Positions 8,808 through 17,480 of a DNA stretch of 57,536 nucleotides are shown here, piece after piece (the first letter of the stretch is position 1; every line of letters starts with the position of its first letter). The notes under the pieces were generated by a model. The model did not search any database. It was given only the letters and a program-made list of their open reading frames with translations, and was not told the DNA's origin. The stretch is from IMG/VR virus record IMGVR_UViG_3300035703_000110, positions 1 through 57,536 of that record; one strand, 5' to 3'. The position numbers and the translations under genes were made by a program. This DNA is from a virus (lineage: Duplodnaviria; Caudoviricetes).

Positions 8808-9445
8808 AAGAAGACGACATCAGCATTGACTTGGAAACCACCTCCAATAAATTCAATGCGGCCATCCTGTCTATCGGTGCGTGTCGCTTTGACCGGGCAA
8901 CCGGCAAGACCATGCAAACCTATTACGCCGAGGTGCAGATTGATGACGCCTTGCGGTACGGCAAGGTCAACGCGGACACGATGAAGTGGTGGATGCGCCA
9001 ATCCCCACAAGCGCAAGCTATCTGGCAGCGCCCCGAGGATAAGAAGTTGCCCTTGTTCGATGCCTTGCGTGGGCTGAGTGACTTTGTGCGCTCGTGCAAT
9101 GCAGGCGTGAAGGTGTGGGGTAACGGTGCATCTTTTGACCTTACGATCCTTGAGCACGCCTACGAGCGGGCGGGTAATGGATTGGTGGGTGGTTGGGAAT
9201 TTTGGGACATCCGTGACATGCGCACCATTTTGGATGCGACCAAAGTGCGGATGCAAGATTTCAAGCGCAACGGTGTCCACCACAACGCGTTGGCTGACGC
9301 CGTTTTCCAAGCCGAGGTGATGTGTGCAGCTTGGCAAAAGCAACACGAGTTGCTCAAGGTTTGGGACAAATACAAAGCTCCCAAATCGAAGCCCGTAAAC
9401 GCGCCTGCAGTGGCTCCCGCAACCGATGACGATGAAGAACTATGA
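8804..9445 (+). CDS. DEDDh-type 3'-5' exonuclease (Rv2179c/ExoVIII-like)
   Basis: IDLET, WGNGASFDL, RDMRT and HNALADA motifs. Confidence 0.9.
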   Translation: MKEDDISIDLETTSNKFNAAILSIGACRFDRATGKTMQTYYAEVQIDDALRYGKVNADTMKWWMRQSPQAQAIWQRPEDKKLPLFDALRGLSDFVRSCNAGVKVWGNGASFDLTILEHAYERAGNGLVGGWEFWDIRDMRTILDATKVRMQDFKRNGVHHNALADAVFQAEVMCAAWQKQHELLKVWDKYKAPKSKPVNAPAVAPATDDDEEL

Positions 9446-9705
9446 GCAACAAAAAACCACCCCGACAACTCACCGGCTTAGTCCGCACAGTCGTCCAAGA
9501 GTCGCATCAAGTAGCGCCCGTTTACATGGGCCTCGCAAGTGGCTTTGTGACTGACGGTGTGCATTTCATCCTGGTAGCAAACACCATGGGTGACATTAAA
9601 AAATTGGCCGAGAAACTTGAATACTCGGAATTCGCACCAGAACTCGTGCAACCAGTTGCTGTCATGCACGAAAGTTTTGTCACGCTGCAGGACGATGAAC
9701 TGTGA
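9442..9705 (+). CDS. hypothetical protein
   Basis: ATGA overlap. It ends QDDEL. Confidence 0.7.
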   Translation: MSNKKPPRQLTGLVRTVVQESHQVAPVYMGLASGFVTDGVHFILVANTMGDIKKLAEKLEYSEFAPELVQPVAVMHESFVTLQDDEL

Positions 9706-10010
9706 CTGACGTAGTTACGCCGGGTGAAATCAAAGCAGCGGCGTTGCACTTGCTACGGCTGTGGATCAGTAAGGCTATCGCAAAGGATAAGCGCCCTCAT
9801 GAGGTGCTTTTGAGCTTGGCCGAGGTGTCCCACCGCATCGAGCAAGAAATCATGCTTGAGCACGACATTCCAGGTGTCCGGTACTGGTATCACGCCGAGT
9901 CGGACAGCCACTTTGCAACCAAGCCCTATGAAGACCTCGGCAACAGTTTTGACGCGGGTTTATGCGTTGAAATAAATCGTGCCGAGTACCTCAAAGAAAT
10001 GAGCTTATAA
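9702..10010 (+). CDS. hypothetical protein
   Basis: GTGA overlap and a YWYHAESDS motif. Confidence 0.7.
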   Translation: MTDVVTPGEIKAAALHLLRLWISKAIAKDKRPHEVLLSLAEVSHRIEQEIMLEHDIPGVRYWYHAESDSHFATKPYEDLGNSFDAGLCVEINRAEYLKEMSL

Positions 10011-10024
10011 TTCCACAAACGGTT
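10006..10024 (+). promoter_or_regulatory. conserved promoter box (copy 4)
   Basis: TATAATTCCACAAACGGTT overlaps the upstream stop codon. The -35 is weak. Confidence 0.65.
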
Positions 10025-10045
10025 CATTTATAAACGGAGAAACGA

Positions 10046-10450
10046 ATGACGGAAAAAATCTGTGACACTTGTGCTCACTTCAATACCGAACCAACTTTAG
10101 AGCCGTGTGTCGGTTGCGGTCGGGGTAATGTTGCGCACAACAATTGGCAAGCTGTGATTGTGAAACAGGCTGCAAATCCAACAGCACCCGACATTCTGAG
10201 CGCCGCTGAGAAACACATGCGTGAGCGTGCAGGCACGTATGACAAGCCTGAGGGTGAACGGTCTATGGCGCAAACCGTGACCGTGTTCAATGCCTTTCAC
10301 GGTACATCGTTGACCGAGGCACAGGGTTGGCATTTCATGCAAATTTTGAAAGATGTTCGCTTGTTTACCCGACCGGGTTATCACGCAGACAGCGCGGAAG
10401 ACGGTGTTGCCTACGCCGGTTTGAAGGCAGAAGCCAAGGCAAAAGAGTAA
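10046..10450 (+). CDS. DUF6378-like protein with N-terminal CxxC motifs
   Basis: ERAGTYD...ERSM...GWHFMQILKDVR...DSAEDGVAYA. Confidence 0.7.
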   Translation: MTEKICDTCAHFNTEPTLEPCVGCGRGNVAHNNWQAVIVKQAANPTAPDILSAAEKHMRERAGTYDKPEGERSMAQTVTVFNAFHGTSLTEAQGWHFMQILKDVRLFTRPGYHADSAEDGVAYAGLKAEAKAKE

Positions 10451-10479
10451 CCCTGAAATTCATTAAATTGGAGATACCC

Positions 10480-10989
10480 ATGAGCATTCTTAATGAGATA
10501 CAACTTGCACAACGTGACGCAGGCGAAAACGCTGTGATCCGTAGTCTAGAAGCGCAAGGTTTGATTGAGCCTCGACCTCCCACCAGTGCTGAAATTGATG
10601 CAGCCGGGGCAATACTCGTTGCGGCTAGTCACGGGGCATCGGTTCAAGCCGGTTGGTGGAATGACCTCAAAAACGGTTACGACTTGATTGAAGAATGCCG
10701 CACAGGCACGCGCTTTGGTAAGGCTGTGGTTGCTGAAAAGCTGTGCTTGACTCACAGCGAAATCAGTGAAGCCATGGAAGGTCATCGCAAAGGGCTCATG
10801 GATGACAAGTTGCCGCATCGCCCGATGATTGAAGTGGAATTGGCAGACGCAGTGATCCGCATTGCGGACCTTGCGGGGGCATTGGGTCTTGACCTGGGTG
10901 GTGCGATTGCTGAAAAGATGGCGTTTAACGCCGTCCGACCAGACCATAAGCCCGAGAACCGTTTGGCCGATGGCGGCAAGGCTTACTAA
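10480..10989 (+). CDS. MazG-like nucleotide pyrophosphohydrolase
   Basis: HSEISEAMEG...EVELADAVIRIADL...EKMAFN. GGAG precedes ATG 10480. Confidence 0.8.
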   Translation: MSILNEIQLAQRDAGENAVIRSLEAQGLIEPRPPTSAEIDAAGAILVAASHGASVQAGWWNDLKNGYDLIEECRTGTRFGKAVVAEKLCLTHSEISEAMEGHRKGLMDDKLPHRPMIEVELADAVIRIADLAGALGLDLGGAIAEKMAFNAVRPDHKPENRLADGGKAY

Positions 10990-10991
10990 AA

Positions 10992-11186
10992 ATGAAAGTA
11001 GGCAAGCTCGATGACATCCGTTTTGTGAGCTTGTGCGCCCGCAACCAGTTCAAACGTGAACTCGGGCGCACCTTGACAAAGCCTGAGCCCAAGCCCGGTA
11101 AAACCAAGCCTTCTAAAATCCAGACCGAAGCAAACCCGCTTTGGACAACTCAACTTCGATCCAGCAATGACAGACATAAAGAGTAA
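10992..11186 (+). CDS. small basic hypothetical protein
   Basis: 64-aa ORF within the operon. Confidence 0.5.
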   Translation: MKVGKLDDIRFVSLCARNQFKRELGRTLTKPEPKPGKTKPSKIQTEANPLWTTQLRSSNDRHKE

Positions 11187-11445
11187 AACCGTCACCAGCA
11201 TTGAGAAACTCATTCACTATGAGGTACACCGGCAAACGGTTTTGATGGCTCGGCGGTTGTCGAAAATGAAGGCCCAACGCGATAACTGGAAAGCCCGTGC
11301 GATTGACTACCGCGAGAAACTGCAGAACCTCAAAAAGTCAACGGCGCTCACCAAAGACACAGAGACTGTGCAGCCCCGTAACCCGGTTGCAGCGGGCGCA
11401 CCTCGCACGACATGGGCGGGGGTTAAAATCAAACAAAACTCCTAA
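11167..11445 (+). CDS. hypothetical coiled-coil protein
   Basis: 92-aa ORF, the last of the rightward arm. Confidence 0.6.
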   Translation: MTDIKSKTVTSIEKLIHYEVHRQTVLMARRLSKMKAQRDNWKARAIDYREKLQNLKKSTALTKDTETVQPRNPVAAGAPRTTWAGVKIKQNS

Positions 11446-11476
11446 GCAATTAGGCGCGTGGTCCCTGCGTATGGGA

Positions 11477-11660
11477 CGCCATCATTAAAGCGGCGGCGTG
11501 GTGAGACACGCGTTTGCTGAGAGTCACCCCTATGAGGCAACAGCACGCGGTTGGGGTAAGCCGGTATCGAGCCCGGCCCGCTTTAATGATGGTGATTGTG
11601 TAAAACTGTGGCAAGAAATTGCCAGGACGTTAGCAAGGTTAGATGCCGTGCCACCATCGC
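11477..11660 (+). ncRNA. candidate structured ncRNA containing two tandem tRNA-like units
   Basis: Acceptor-like stems AAAGCGG/CCGCTTT and GATGGTG/CACCATC, each preceded by a T-arm-like hairpin. A 17-bp enclosing stem pairs 11477-11493 with 11578-11594. Confidence 0.55.
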
Positions 11661-11663
11661 AGC

Positions 11664-11924
11664 TCATTTAGGCCAAGCCTGTACCAAGCGCCTGTGTCGG
11701 CTTTGACACTCAGCGTAGGCTTTTACGGTAGCCGTGCCCCAAGCTAAGACCGTGGCCGCATCCCCGCTATCGAGCGGACTCAGAGCTACGCAATCCGTTT
11801 TCAGGTTCGCCGGGATTTCCGGTAAGTCGTATGGCGTCGTTGAGGATGCGCACCCCGTCAGGATCAAAGCAAGCACGATCCCGGTACTCAATCTTGTTGA
11901 TAACACGCTCAACCTCCTTTTCAA
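11664..11924 (-). CDS. o-spanin (Rz1-like lipoprotein)
   Basis: Lipobox ILTGC, overlap with the i-spanin in another frame, and a YAECQSRH end. The true start may be GTG 11876. Confidence 0.8.
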   Translation of the reverse strand: MKRRLSVLSTRLSTGIVLALILTGCASSTTPYDLPEIPANLKTDCVALSPLDSGDAATVLAWGTATVKAYAECQSRHRRLVQAWPK

Positions 11925-12159
11925 TGGTCACAAACTCGGTCTTGAGTGTCACCTTGTCATTCTCATGACCCGTGGACGCGCTATTTGCCGCTTGCCTGAG
12001 CATTTTGGAGGTTTCCCGTGCCTGCTCTAGCTCGGCAGCTTTTATCGCCCCAAAACGCCAATTTTGCACTTGCCATGCGCCTACCGCACCCCCGATCCCG
12101 GCTGCAAGTACAGAACCGACCACGAGGTACGTCTTTAAAGTGCCCAACGCGGGGATCAT
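11767..12159 (-). CDS. i-spanin (Rz-like)
   Basis: N-terminal TM, GAWQVQNWR and a C-terminal CFDPDG. It lies downstream of the endolysin. Confidence 0.8.
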   Translation of the reverse strand: MIPALGTLKTYLVVGSVLAAGIGGAVGAWQVQNWRFGAIKAAELEQARETSKMLRQAANSASTGHENDKVTLKTEFVTIEKEVERVINKIEYRDRACFDPDGVRILNDAIRLTGNPGEPENGLRSSESAR

Positions 12160-12773
12160 TTCAGCGCCCCGGCAACCTTGGCGTCAAGCTCTGTAGTGTG
12201 GGTCAGCCCGGTGGAGCCACCATTGACAACCTTGCGCACGCGTTTCAGGTCACCCATGATCGAGTCGGGTACGTTACCCTCCCACCATGCAATTGCCACC
12301 TTCAAAGCAATGACAGGCTGTGCAAGTAGGTCAGGACTATTCACAAGGTCAATGCCCATGATTTTGGAAAGCGCCGTGTAGTTCGCACGGCCCGTGACCA
12401 TTATCACGCCCCTGCCACGGTATTTGAAGCCGTCACCGGGCTCCACGTTGCCCATACGACCGTCATAGACCTTGTTTGCCAAGACTCGCCCGTTGCGGGC
12501 ATAAGGCAAAGCGCTTTCAAGCGTAGGGAAGCGCGTAGGCCAAACCTGCATCAGCCGTTCGGCTGAGTAGTTCAAACCTTCCTCCAGGCGTGACAGCATC
12601 GCACTTTCGTGCAAGATTTCACGTAGGAAATCGTCTAGCTCGGATTCGCCTGCGCTGAAGGTCGATTCTTTAATGGTGCTGGCAAAGTGGATAGACCACA
12701 TCGCAGCGGTGATAGGTTTTACTCCGCACTGGATTAGAACCCGATTCCATGTGGTTTCGTCACGTTTTACCAT
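12156..12773 (-). CDS. endolysin, glycoside hydrolase family 19
   Basis: HES...LEEGLNYSAERL, GDGFKYRGRG.I.VTGRANY and VNGG. Confidence 0.9.
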   Translation of the reverse strand: MVKRDETTWNRVLIQCGVKPITAAMWSIHFASTIKESTFSAGESELDDFLREILHESAMLSRLEEGLNYSAERLMQVWPTRFPTLESALPYARNGRVLANKVYDGRMGNVEPGDGFKYRGRGVIMVTGRANYTALSKIMGIDLVNSPDLLAQPVIALKVAIAWWEGNVPDSIMGDLKRVRKVVNGGSTGLTHTTELDAKVAGALK

Positions 12774-13020
12774 GTCCAACAGCCCTCTTGAGTTTGATGA
12801 TCGTGCCGATAGCATACGTCATCAGGCCGTAAACCAATATCAAACAGGTGGTGTCGGATGAGGTGTCTTTGAAAAGTGAGAAGACCCGCAGGGTAGCACC
12901 AAAGCAAATCAAACTGAGCCCGACACGTTGAATCAACGTGTCGTCAAACTTTGGATTCAATACGGCAATCAGGGCAATGAGCGCAATCGCCCCGAAGCCA
13001 ACGATTTGAAGGGTGAGCAT
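12760..13020 (-). CDS. holin/antiholin-like membrane protein
   Basis: Three hydrophobic segments, directly upstream of the endolysin. Confidence 0.65.
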   Translation of the reverse strand: MLTLQIVGFGAIALIALIAVLNPKFDDTLIQRVGLSLICFGATLRVFSLFKDTSSDTTCLILVYGLMTYAIGTIIKLKRAVGHGKT

Positions 13021-13021
13021 T

Positions 13022-13342
13022 TTAGGCACTCCATTTACGCTTGACCCGTTCCCAAAGCTCAAGAGCGATTTGCTGTGCGTCAGCCATTTGGATTACCTCG
13101 TACACCTTGGACATAATTGCCATTCCAAAAAGGCCAATCATGAAGCCAATCAGGCCCTCAGTGTCAGGTACGCCGATCCAATTGGAAGCCGGGGTTGTTC
13201 CGAAATAGGAAAGGGCAGCACCCCCGATGCCCATGGAAAGGCGCTCGAAGTAACTGCCCTTGACATAGCCAAGTGAGACAAAAGACCCGGCAACACCAGC
13301 TACCAGTTTTGCTACTGAAAAATCAGGTGTTGCGTCGGCCAT
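13022..13342 (-). CDS. putative holin
   Basis: 106 aa with 2-3 TM segments and a basic C-terminus. First gene of the lysis cassette. Confidence 0.7.
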   Translation of the reverse strand: MADATPDFSVAKLVAGVAGSFVSLGYVKGSYFERLSMGIGGAALSYFGTTPASNWIGVPDTEGLIGFMIGLFGMAIMSKVYEVIQMADAQQIALELWERVKRKWSA

Positions 13343-13396
13343 GTCGTCCTCTAGTGCTATTTGGATGAAGTCTAGCGCCGGATTGTACGTCAGGTT

Positions 13397-14866
13397 TTAT
13401 GCGTCTTGGTGCGGTGTGGTCGGAGGTGTGAAAGGTGCGTTATACCGGGCCACCCCTTTGGTGATCCGCACGTCATCAATGTAGCCAGGGAAACAGTTTG
13501 TATTGCTGTAACCCTCTTGATAACCGATTAGCAACGGTCGGCCACCTTCTGTCATTGGCACGGTGATGCTGTCCCACTGCAGTACCCCGTTCAAATAAGC
13601 ACGGCACGCCCCGCCCGATACAACCATTGCCACATGATGCCACTCGTTCAAAGTGATTTGGTTTGCACCAATGAAGGTAATGCCGTCATAGGTAGCCCCT
13701 GTGCCGTCACCCAAGAAACCGAGCAAATAGTTACTCGGATTGATGGCAAGCATGTACTGTGGGTCACTCACGCCAAACTGACCATCTTTGTTGAAAATCT
13801 GCTTGTTGGCGCTCTTGTAGGCTGTTTGGTAAATCCATGCTTCGAGCGTGAAATCGCCTGTGCTCAGGTCTAAATCAGGAGTCGCTTGAATCGACAAATA
13901 GGCATCCGTGCCGTCGCTGAAAGCTGAAGACCCGCCAAACTTACTCTGCGCAGTCTTGAGGATGATGTCACCGTAAGGTATGACCACCTTTGGACGTGGG
14001 CTACTGTCAATAAATTCGCCGCTGTCATCCGGGCCATCCATGTGAAGCAACAGGCTCACATTGGCAAAGTTTTCATCTGTATTCCAGTTGATGTCTGTCC
14101 GGTAGGAATACAGTGATTCCAGACCATCCCGCACACTGCAAATCACCACGTAACCCCGACCGCTTGGCAAATCGGTCATTGCCGTGGTGCGGGCGTAGCT
14201 CCATGTTTTACCGGTGATGCCTGTTTCGGTGCGAACAAGTACACTGGCAACGGTGTAAACGCGGGCCGTGTAGGTCGTACCCACTTCAGGTCCAATATCG
14301 CCGTCATTGTGGTCAATGAGCTTGTCAGCCTGCAACAAGCGGTCACGATGATTCCATGTCCAAACTAACTCTGTAGTTCCGACCGGCATTGTTTTGACGC
14401 CTGTAAACCAGTAGTCATTCTTGCATTTGAACTCGGCGGGTGGGTACGGGCGGCTGAAGCGTTGATTAAAAGTCACTTGACGTGGAGGTGTCAAACTCAC
14501 AGCCATTGGGATGCTGTTTGGCGTATGCACGAGGGGTTTGACAGACACTGTTTCACCGGCCAAGTATTCTCGGCGGTCAGTGCCCATTTCCATGTCAAAA
14601 AACCACACAGGGGCTCCCGCAAGGTGAGCTGCGGGGATCGTGTCAGCGCAACCCCGAGATATGGTCACAACATTACCGTTGACCTCATCGACCCGGACAA
14701 TCTCATTGTCGATCATCGCAGGACGGCCCGCCGCCGTAGCTGTGGGGTCTGTCACCTTCAGCCCGGTGATGGTGATGGTGCTATCCATGTGTGCAATGTT
14801 GTTCACCAAAAATGCTACGGTTGTCAATGCACCTTCACCACGAATGGTGTAATCGCTATCTGCCAT
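13397..14866 (-). CDS. tail fibre/tip protein with C-terminal LamG/concanavalin A-like domain
   Basis: ISRGCADTIPAAH tail motif, plus VSLLLHMDG...GDFTLEAW...WHHVA...GYIDDVRITKGVARY. Confidence 0.85.
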   Translation of the reverse strand: MADSDYTIRGEGALTTVAFLVNNIAHMDSTITITGLKVTDPTATAAGRPAMIDNEIVRVDEVNGNVVTISRGCADTIPAAHLAGAPVWFFDMEMGTDRREYLAGETVSVKPLVHTPNSIPMAVSLTPPRQVTFNQRFSRPYPPAEFKCKNDYWFTGVKTMPVGTTELVWTWNHRDRLLQADKLIDHNDGDIGPEVGTTYTARVYTVASVLVRTETGITGKTWSYARTTAMTDLPSGRGYVVICSVRDGLESLYSYRTDINWNTDENFANVSLLLHMDGPDDSGEFIDSSPRPKVVIPYGDIILKTAQSKFGGSSAFSDGTDAYLSIQATPDLDLSTGDFTLEAWIYQTAYKSANKQIFNKDGQFGVSDPQYMLAINPSNYLLGFLGDGTGATYDGITFIGANQITLNEWHHVAMVVSGGACRAYLNGVLQWDSITVPMTEGGRPLLIGYQEGYSNTNCFPGYIDDVRITKGVARYNAPFTPPTTPHQDA

Positions 14867-14869
14867 TTT

Positions 14870-17038
14870 TTAATTCCAGTCAGGGGTAAATCCACAATAT
14901 TGGTTTGTGGTGTTTGGGTAGTCTTCAGGTGTCGCGGCTCCATCGCGCACTGCAATTTTGTAGCCCACGTTAATGTTTTTGCCACGGCCAACCATCGTAC
15001 CGATAAAACCGGCTGCGGGATCGATGGTTGCAAGGTCAGCCGTGCTAGTCGTGTGATTGACCAAAAAGTAAGGCATTTCAATCACACGATTAACGTCCAA
15101 GCACGGTGTCAAGTCAGGCGGTTCCCATGTGTTCGGAACCGGGATAGCGTAGGACGAGGCAGGCAATGCAAACACGTCTTGCACACCCGTAAAGGTCATT
15201 TCACCACTCGTGTTTGTACCGTCTTCTACGGTCACGATGCGCACGACTGTTTCAGGAATGCCCCGAGCCTCGTCCCGCAACCGAATCACCGATCCAGGGG
15301 CCAGCATACGCCCCCTGCGGTCCATGTTGAAAGAGAACCGGCGCAACACTGAAGACGCGGCCCGCAAATCACGCTGTGCGATCCGTTGGGCAAGTGCCGC
15401 AGTCGGGATGCCGGGGTAACTCTTTTGCAGCAAATTGACGTTACCATTGGCCGTTTGAATCGCCGCGATGTTGTCTACCTTGACAACCATGTCTTCGTCA
15501 CTGATTGGATCGTGGTAAGTGACCTCGATTTGGTTCACACCGTTGATTGGTGAAGAAATAGAAGACTCGTTGATCCGGGTGATACCCGAGTCAGTGTCGT
15601 ACAAGGGTAAGTCTTCAATCGCGTAGTCATCACGGATCAATTTCAGAGTCATCAGGCCTGTAGTGCGGCTTTGATAGTACGACGCACCAATGTGATCGAT
15701 GACGCCTTGAATGAACGAGTCAATGCTGTCACTGCGTGACCACTTGAGGCACAAACCAAAGCGCTCTCCAAACAGTGTTTGGGCGCAGCTTGCAAACGAG
15801 GTAACGTCGATTATGGATGTCGGAAAACCACGACCCCATTCCCGATTTGTCAGGCACTCATAGATGATGTGCGCGGGGTTCATTGAGTTGATCCCGTTCA
15901 TGTCTGCCGGAACCACTGTGCCTGTAAATGGTGTATCTTGTTTTCTAAATATTGCGTAAGCAGAAAAGCCGGGAAATTCACCCGTGTAGTTATAACTAGC
16001 TCGGAAATTAGAAAGCCGTGCAGAGCGAATTGATTTGCTATCACAATAAAAAACGCTGCCGTAGCAATACATCGCACCATCTGGAAAAAATATGGTTTCA
16101 GAACCTCCCAAAAGAATGTTGCCTTTAGAAGTAAGCGAAGCCAATGACGGCCCAACCAATCGGTTGGAGGCTGTTCGCCAATAAACAGTGCCATCAATAA
16201 TTTGGAAAACTTCGTTGGGTTCTATGCGCAACGCGGCTACTACAGCACCACTTTGGTTAAGAAACTCAATGTCCATCCATGCCTTATCCGAGGACGTGCC
16301 AGGAGTCCGGTAAAGCATGATGTAGGCTTTATCTGGATCAATGGGAACGATGCTCATTGGAGCCACACCTGTATCCAAATTGTTGGGTCCAAGAGTGGTC
16401 ACACACCGTGCAGTCTGAGGCACGCCTAATTCACCAAACAAACTCAAATCAGGTGAGCCTGTGTTGTACGTGGCATACGCTGCCGTTTCAGAGTTGCCCG
16501 AGTCTTGGGCTACAGCAAAGCCAAGCACGCCTTTGCTTATGTACTCAGGACCAACTAGAACCGTGCCGTCTTTGTCGATAGGGATAAGTGCTGTTGATGG
16601 CTGAAAAACCTCACCGTCCCAACCTTTAAAAATCCTTCGCATCCGAAACTTCCATGGTTTCGGATAGGGGTTATTCATGGCGACAATGCCTTTGAAAAAA
16701 GCTGTGACGGTGCGCCGGAAACCAGGCAAGGTTTCACCTAGCATCGAACGCAAACCCGAAGCCGCAACTTGGTCAGGTTCACCCATCATGATTTGCAAGT
16801 TGCCTTGGATACCGCCCTCTTTACCTTCACCACCAAACAAGTTGTATTGGTCGATGTAGACATCCTTGGTTTCTTTGATGTAAGAGCCTGTTGTCACAGG
16901 GCTCCACGCGGTCTTGTCACCCACGCGGACTTCCACAATCTCATCGACCGGGCCACGACCCAAGCCCATGTGAATGCCAAACGAATACCGGTAGCCGGTG
17001 ACTTGTGATCCACCGCCCTTACCACCACCGCCGCTCAT
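14870..17038 (-). CDS. central tail/baseplate hub protein
   Basis: GGGKGG..VTGYRY.FGIHMGLGRGPVD, NNPYPKPW.FR, MNPAHIIYECLTN.EWG and LKLIRDDY. Confidence 0.85.
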   Translation of the reverse strand: MSGGGGKGGGSQVTGYRYSFGIHMGLGRGPVDEIVEVRVGDKTAWSPVTTGSYIKETKDVYIDQYNLFGGEGKEGGIQGNLQIMMGEPDQVAASGLRSMLGETLPGFRRTVTAFFKGIVAMNNPYPKPWKFRMRRIFKGWDGEVFQPSTALIPIDKDGTVLVGPEYISKGVLGFAVAQDSGNSETAAYATYNTGSPDLSLFGELGVPQTARCVTTLGPNNLDTGVAPMSIVPIDPDKAYIMLYRTPGTSSDKAWMDIEFLNQSGAVVAALRIEPNEVFQIIDGTVYWRTASNRLVGPSLASLTSKGNILLGGSETIFFPDGAMYCYGSVFYCDSKSIRSARLSNFRASYNYTGEFPGFSAYAIFRKQDTPFTGTVVPADMNGINSMNPAHIIYECLTNREWGRGFPTSIIDVTSFASCAQTLFGERFGLCLKWSRSDSIDSFIQGVIDHIGASYYQSRTTGLMTLKLIRDDYAIEDLPLYDTDSGITRINESSISSPINGVNQIEVTYHDPISDEDMVVKVDNIAAIQTANGNVNLLQKSYPGIPTAALAQRIAQRDLRAASSVLRRFSFNMDRRGRMLAPGSVIRLRDEARGIPETVVRIVTVEDGTNTSGEMTFTGVQDVFALPASSYAIPVPNTWEPPDLTPCLDVNRVIEMPYFLVNHTTSTADLATIDPAAGFIGTMVGRGKNINVGYKIAVRDGAATPEDYPNTTNQYCGFTPDWN

Positions 17039-17235
17039 TGCAACACCTCTTTACGGGCAAACGCCGCGACTTTGATGCCGAGTGCGTCTTGTGTAGCTTC
17101 AATCTCACTCGCACGGTATTCACCCCGCAAGAATCGCATGTAATCCAAGTTGTAGCGTTTCAGCCATTCACGCAAGCCGCGTGCGCAAAGTTGGGATGCG
17201 CGGACGTGTGCGATGGTGACAAAAGGGTCATTCAT
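17035..17235 (-). CDS. small tail assembly protein
   Basis: CARGLREW..RY.LDY..F motif, in the usual tail-tip gene position. Confidence 0.75.
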   Translation of the reverse strand: MNDPFVTIAHVRASQLCARGLREWLKRYNLDYMRFLRGEYRASEIEATQDALGIKVAAFARKEVLQ

Positions 17236-17477
17236 TATTTTTTACCTCCAGAAGTGCGGATTGCGCTGTACTCGTAGTTGCCCACCGCCAGGACACACCA
17301 ATCACTTGTCCAGCAATCGCCAAAAATGACAGCTTGGGGTGTGCCTTCATCCGCTTGAGGGAAATCGAATTCCCCAAACGCAGCGGGCTCAGGTGCTTGC
17401 TGTTTAGGTGCAAGAGCTGCACTGATTACAAAGGACGCAATGAGTGCGTAAATTGCCCATTCCATACGTGTCTCCAA
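17235..17477 (-). CDS. small tail assembly protein
   Basis: FDFPQADEGTPQAVIFGDCW motif. Confidence 0.75.
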   Translation of the reverse strand: METRMEWAIYALIASFVISAALAPKQQAPEPAAFGEFDFPQADEGTPQAVIFGDCWTSDWCVLAVGNYEYSAIRTSGGKK

Positions 17478-17480
17478 TTT

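Noticed and set aside
11520-11540. Amber suppressor tRNA (CTA in the loop of unit 1) that could read through the MTase TAG
   Set aside because: The loop CCCCTA lacks canonical anticodon-loop geometry (no U33, no purine 37) and the arm is oversized, so this is not supportable.
13397-17038. Diversity-generating retroelement targeting the tail adhesin
   Set aside because: I saw no reverse transcriptase and no template/variable repeat pair.
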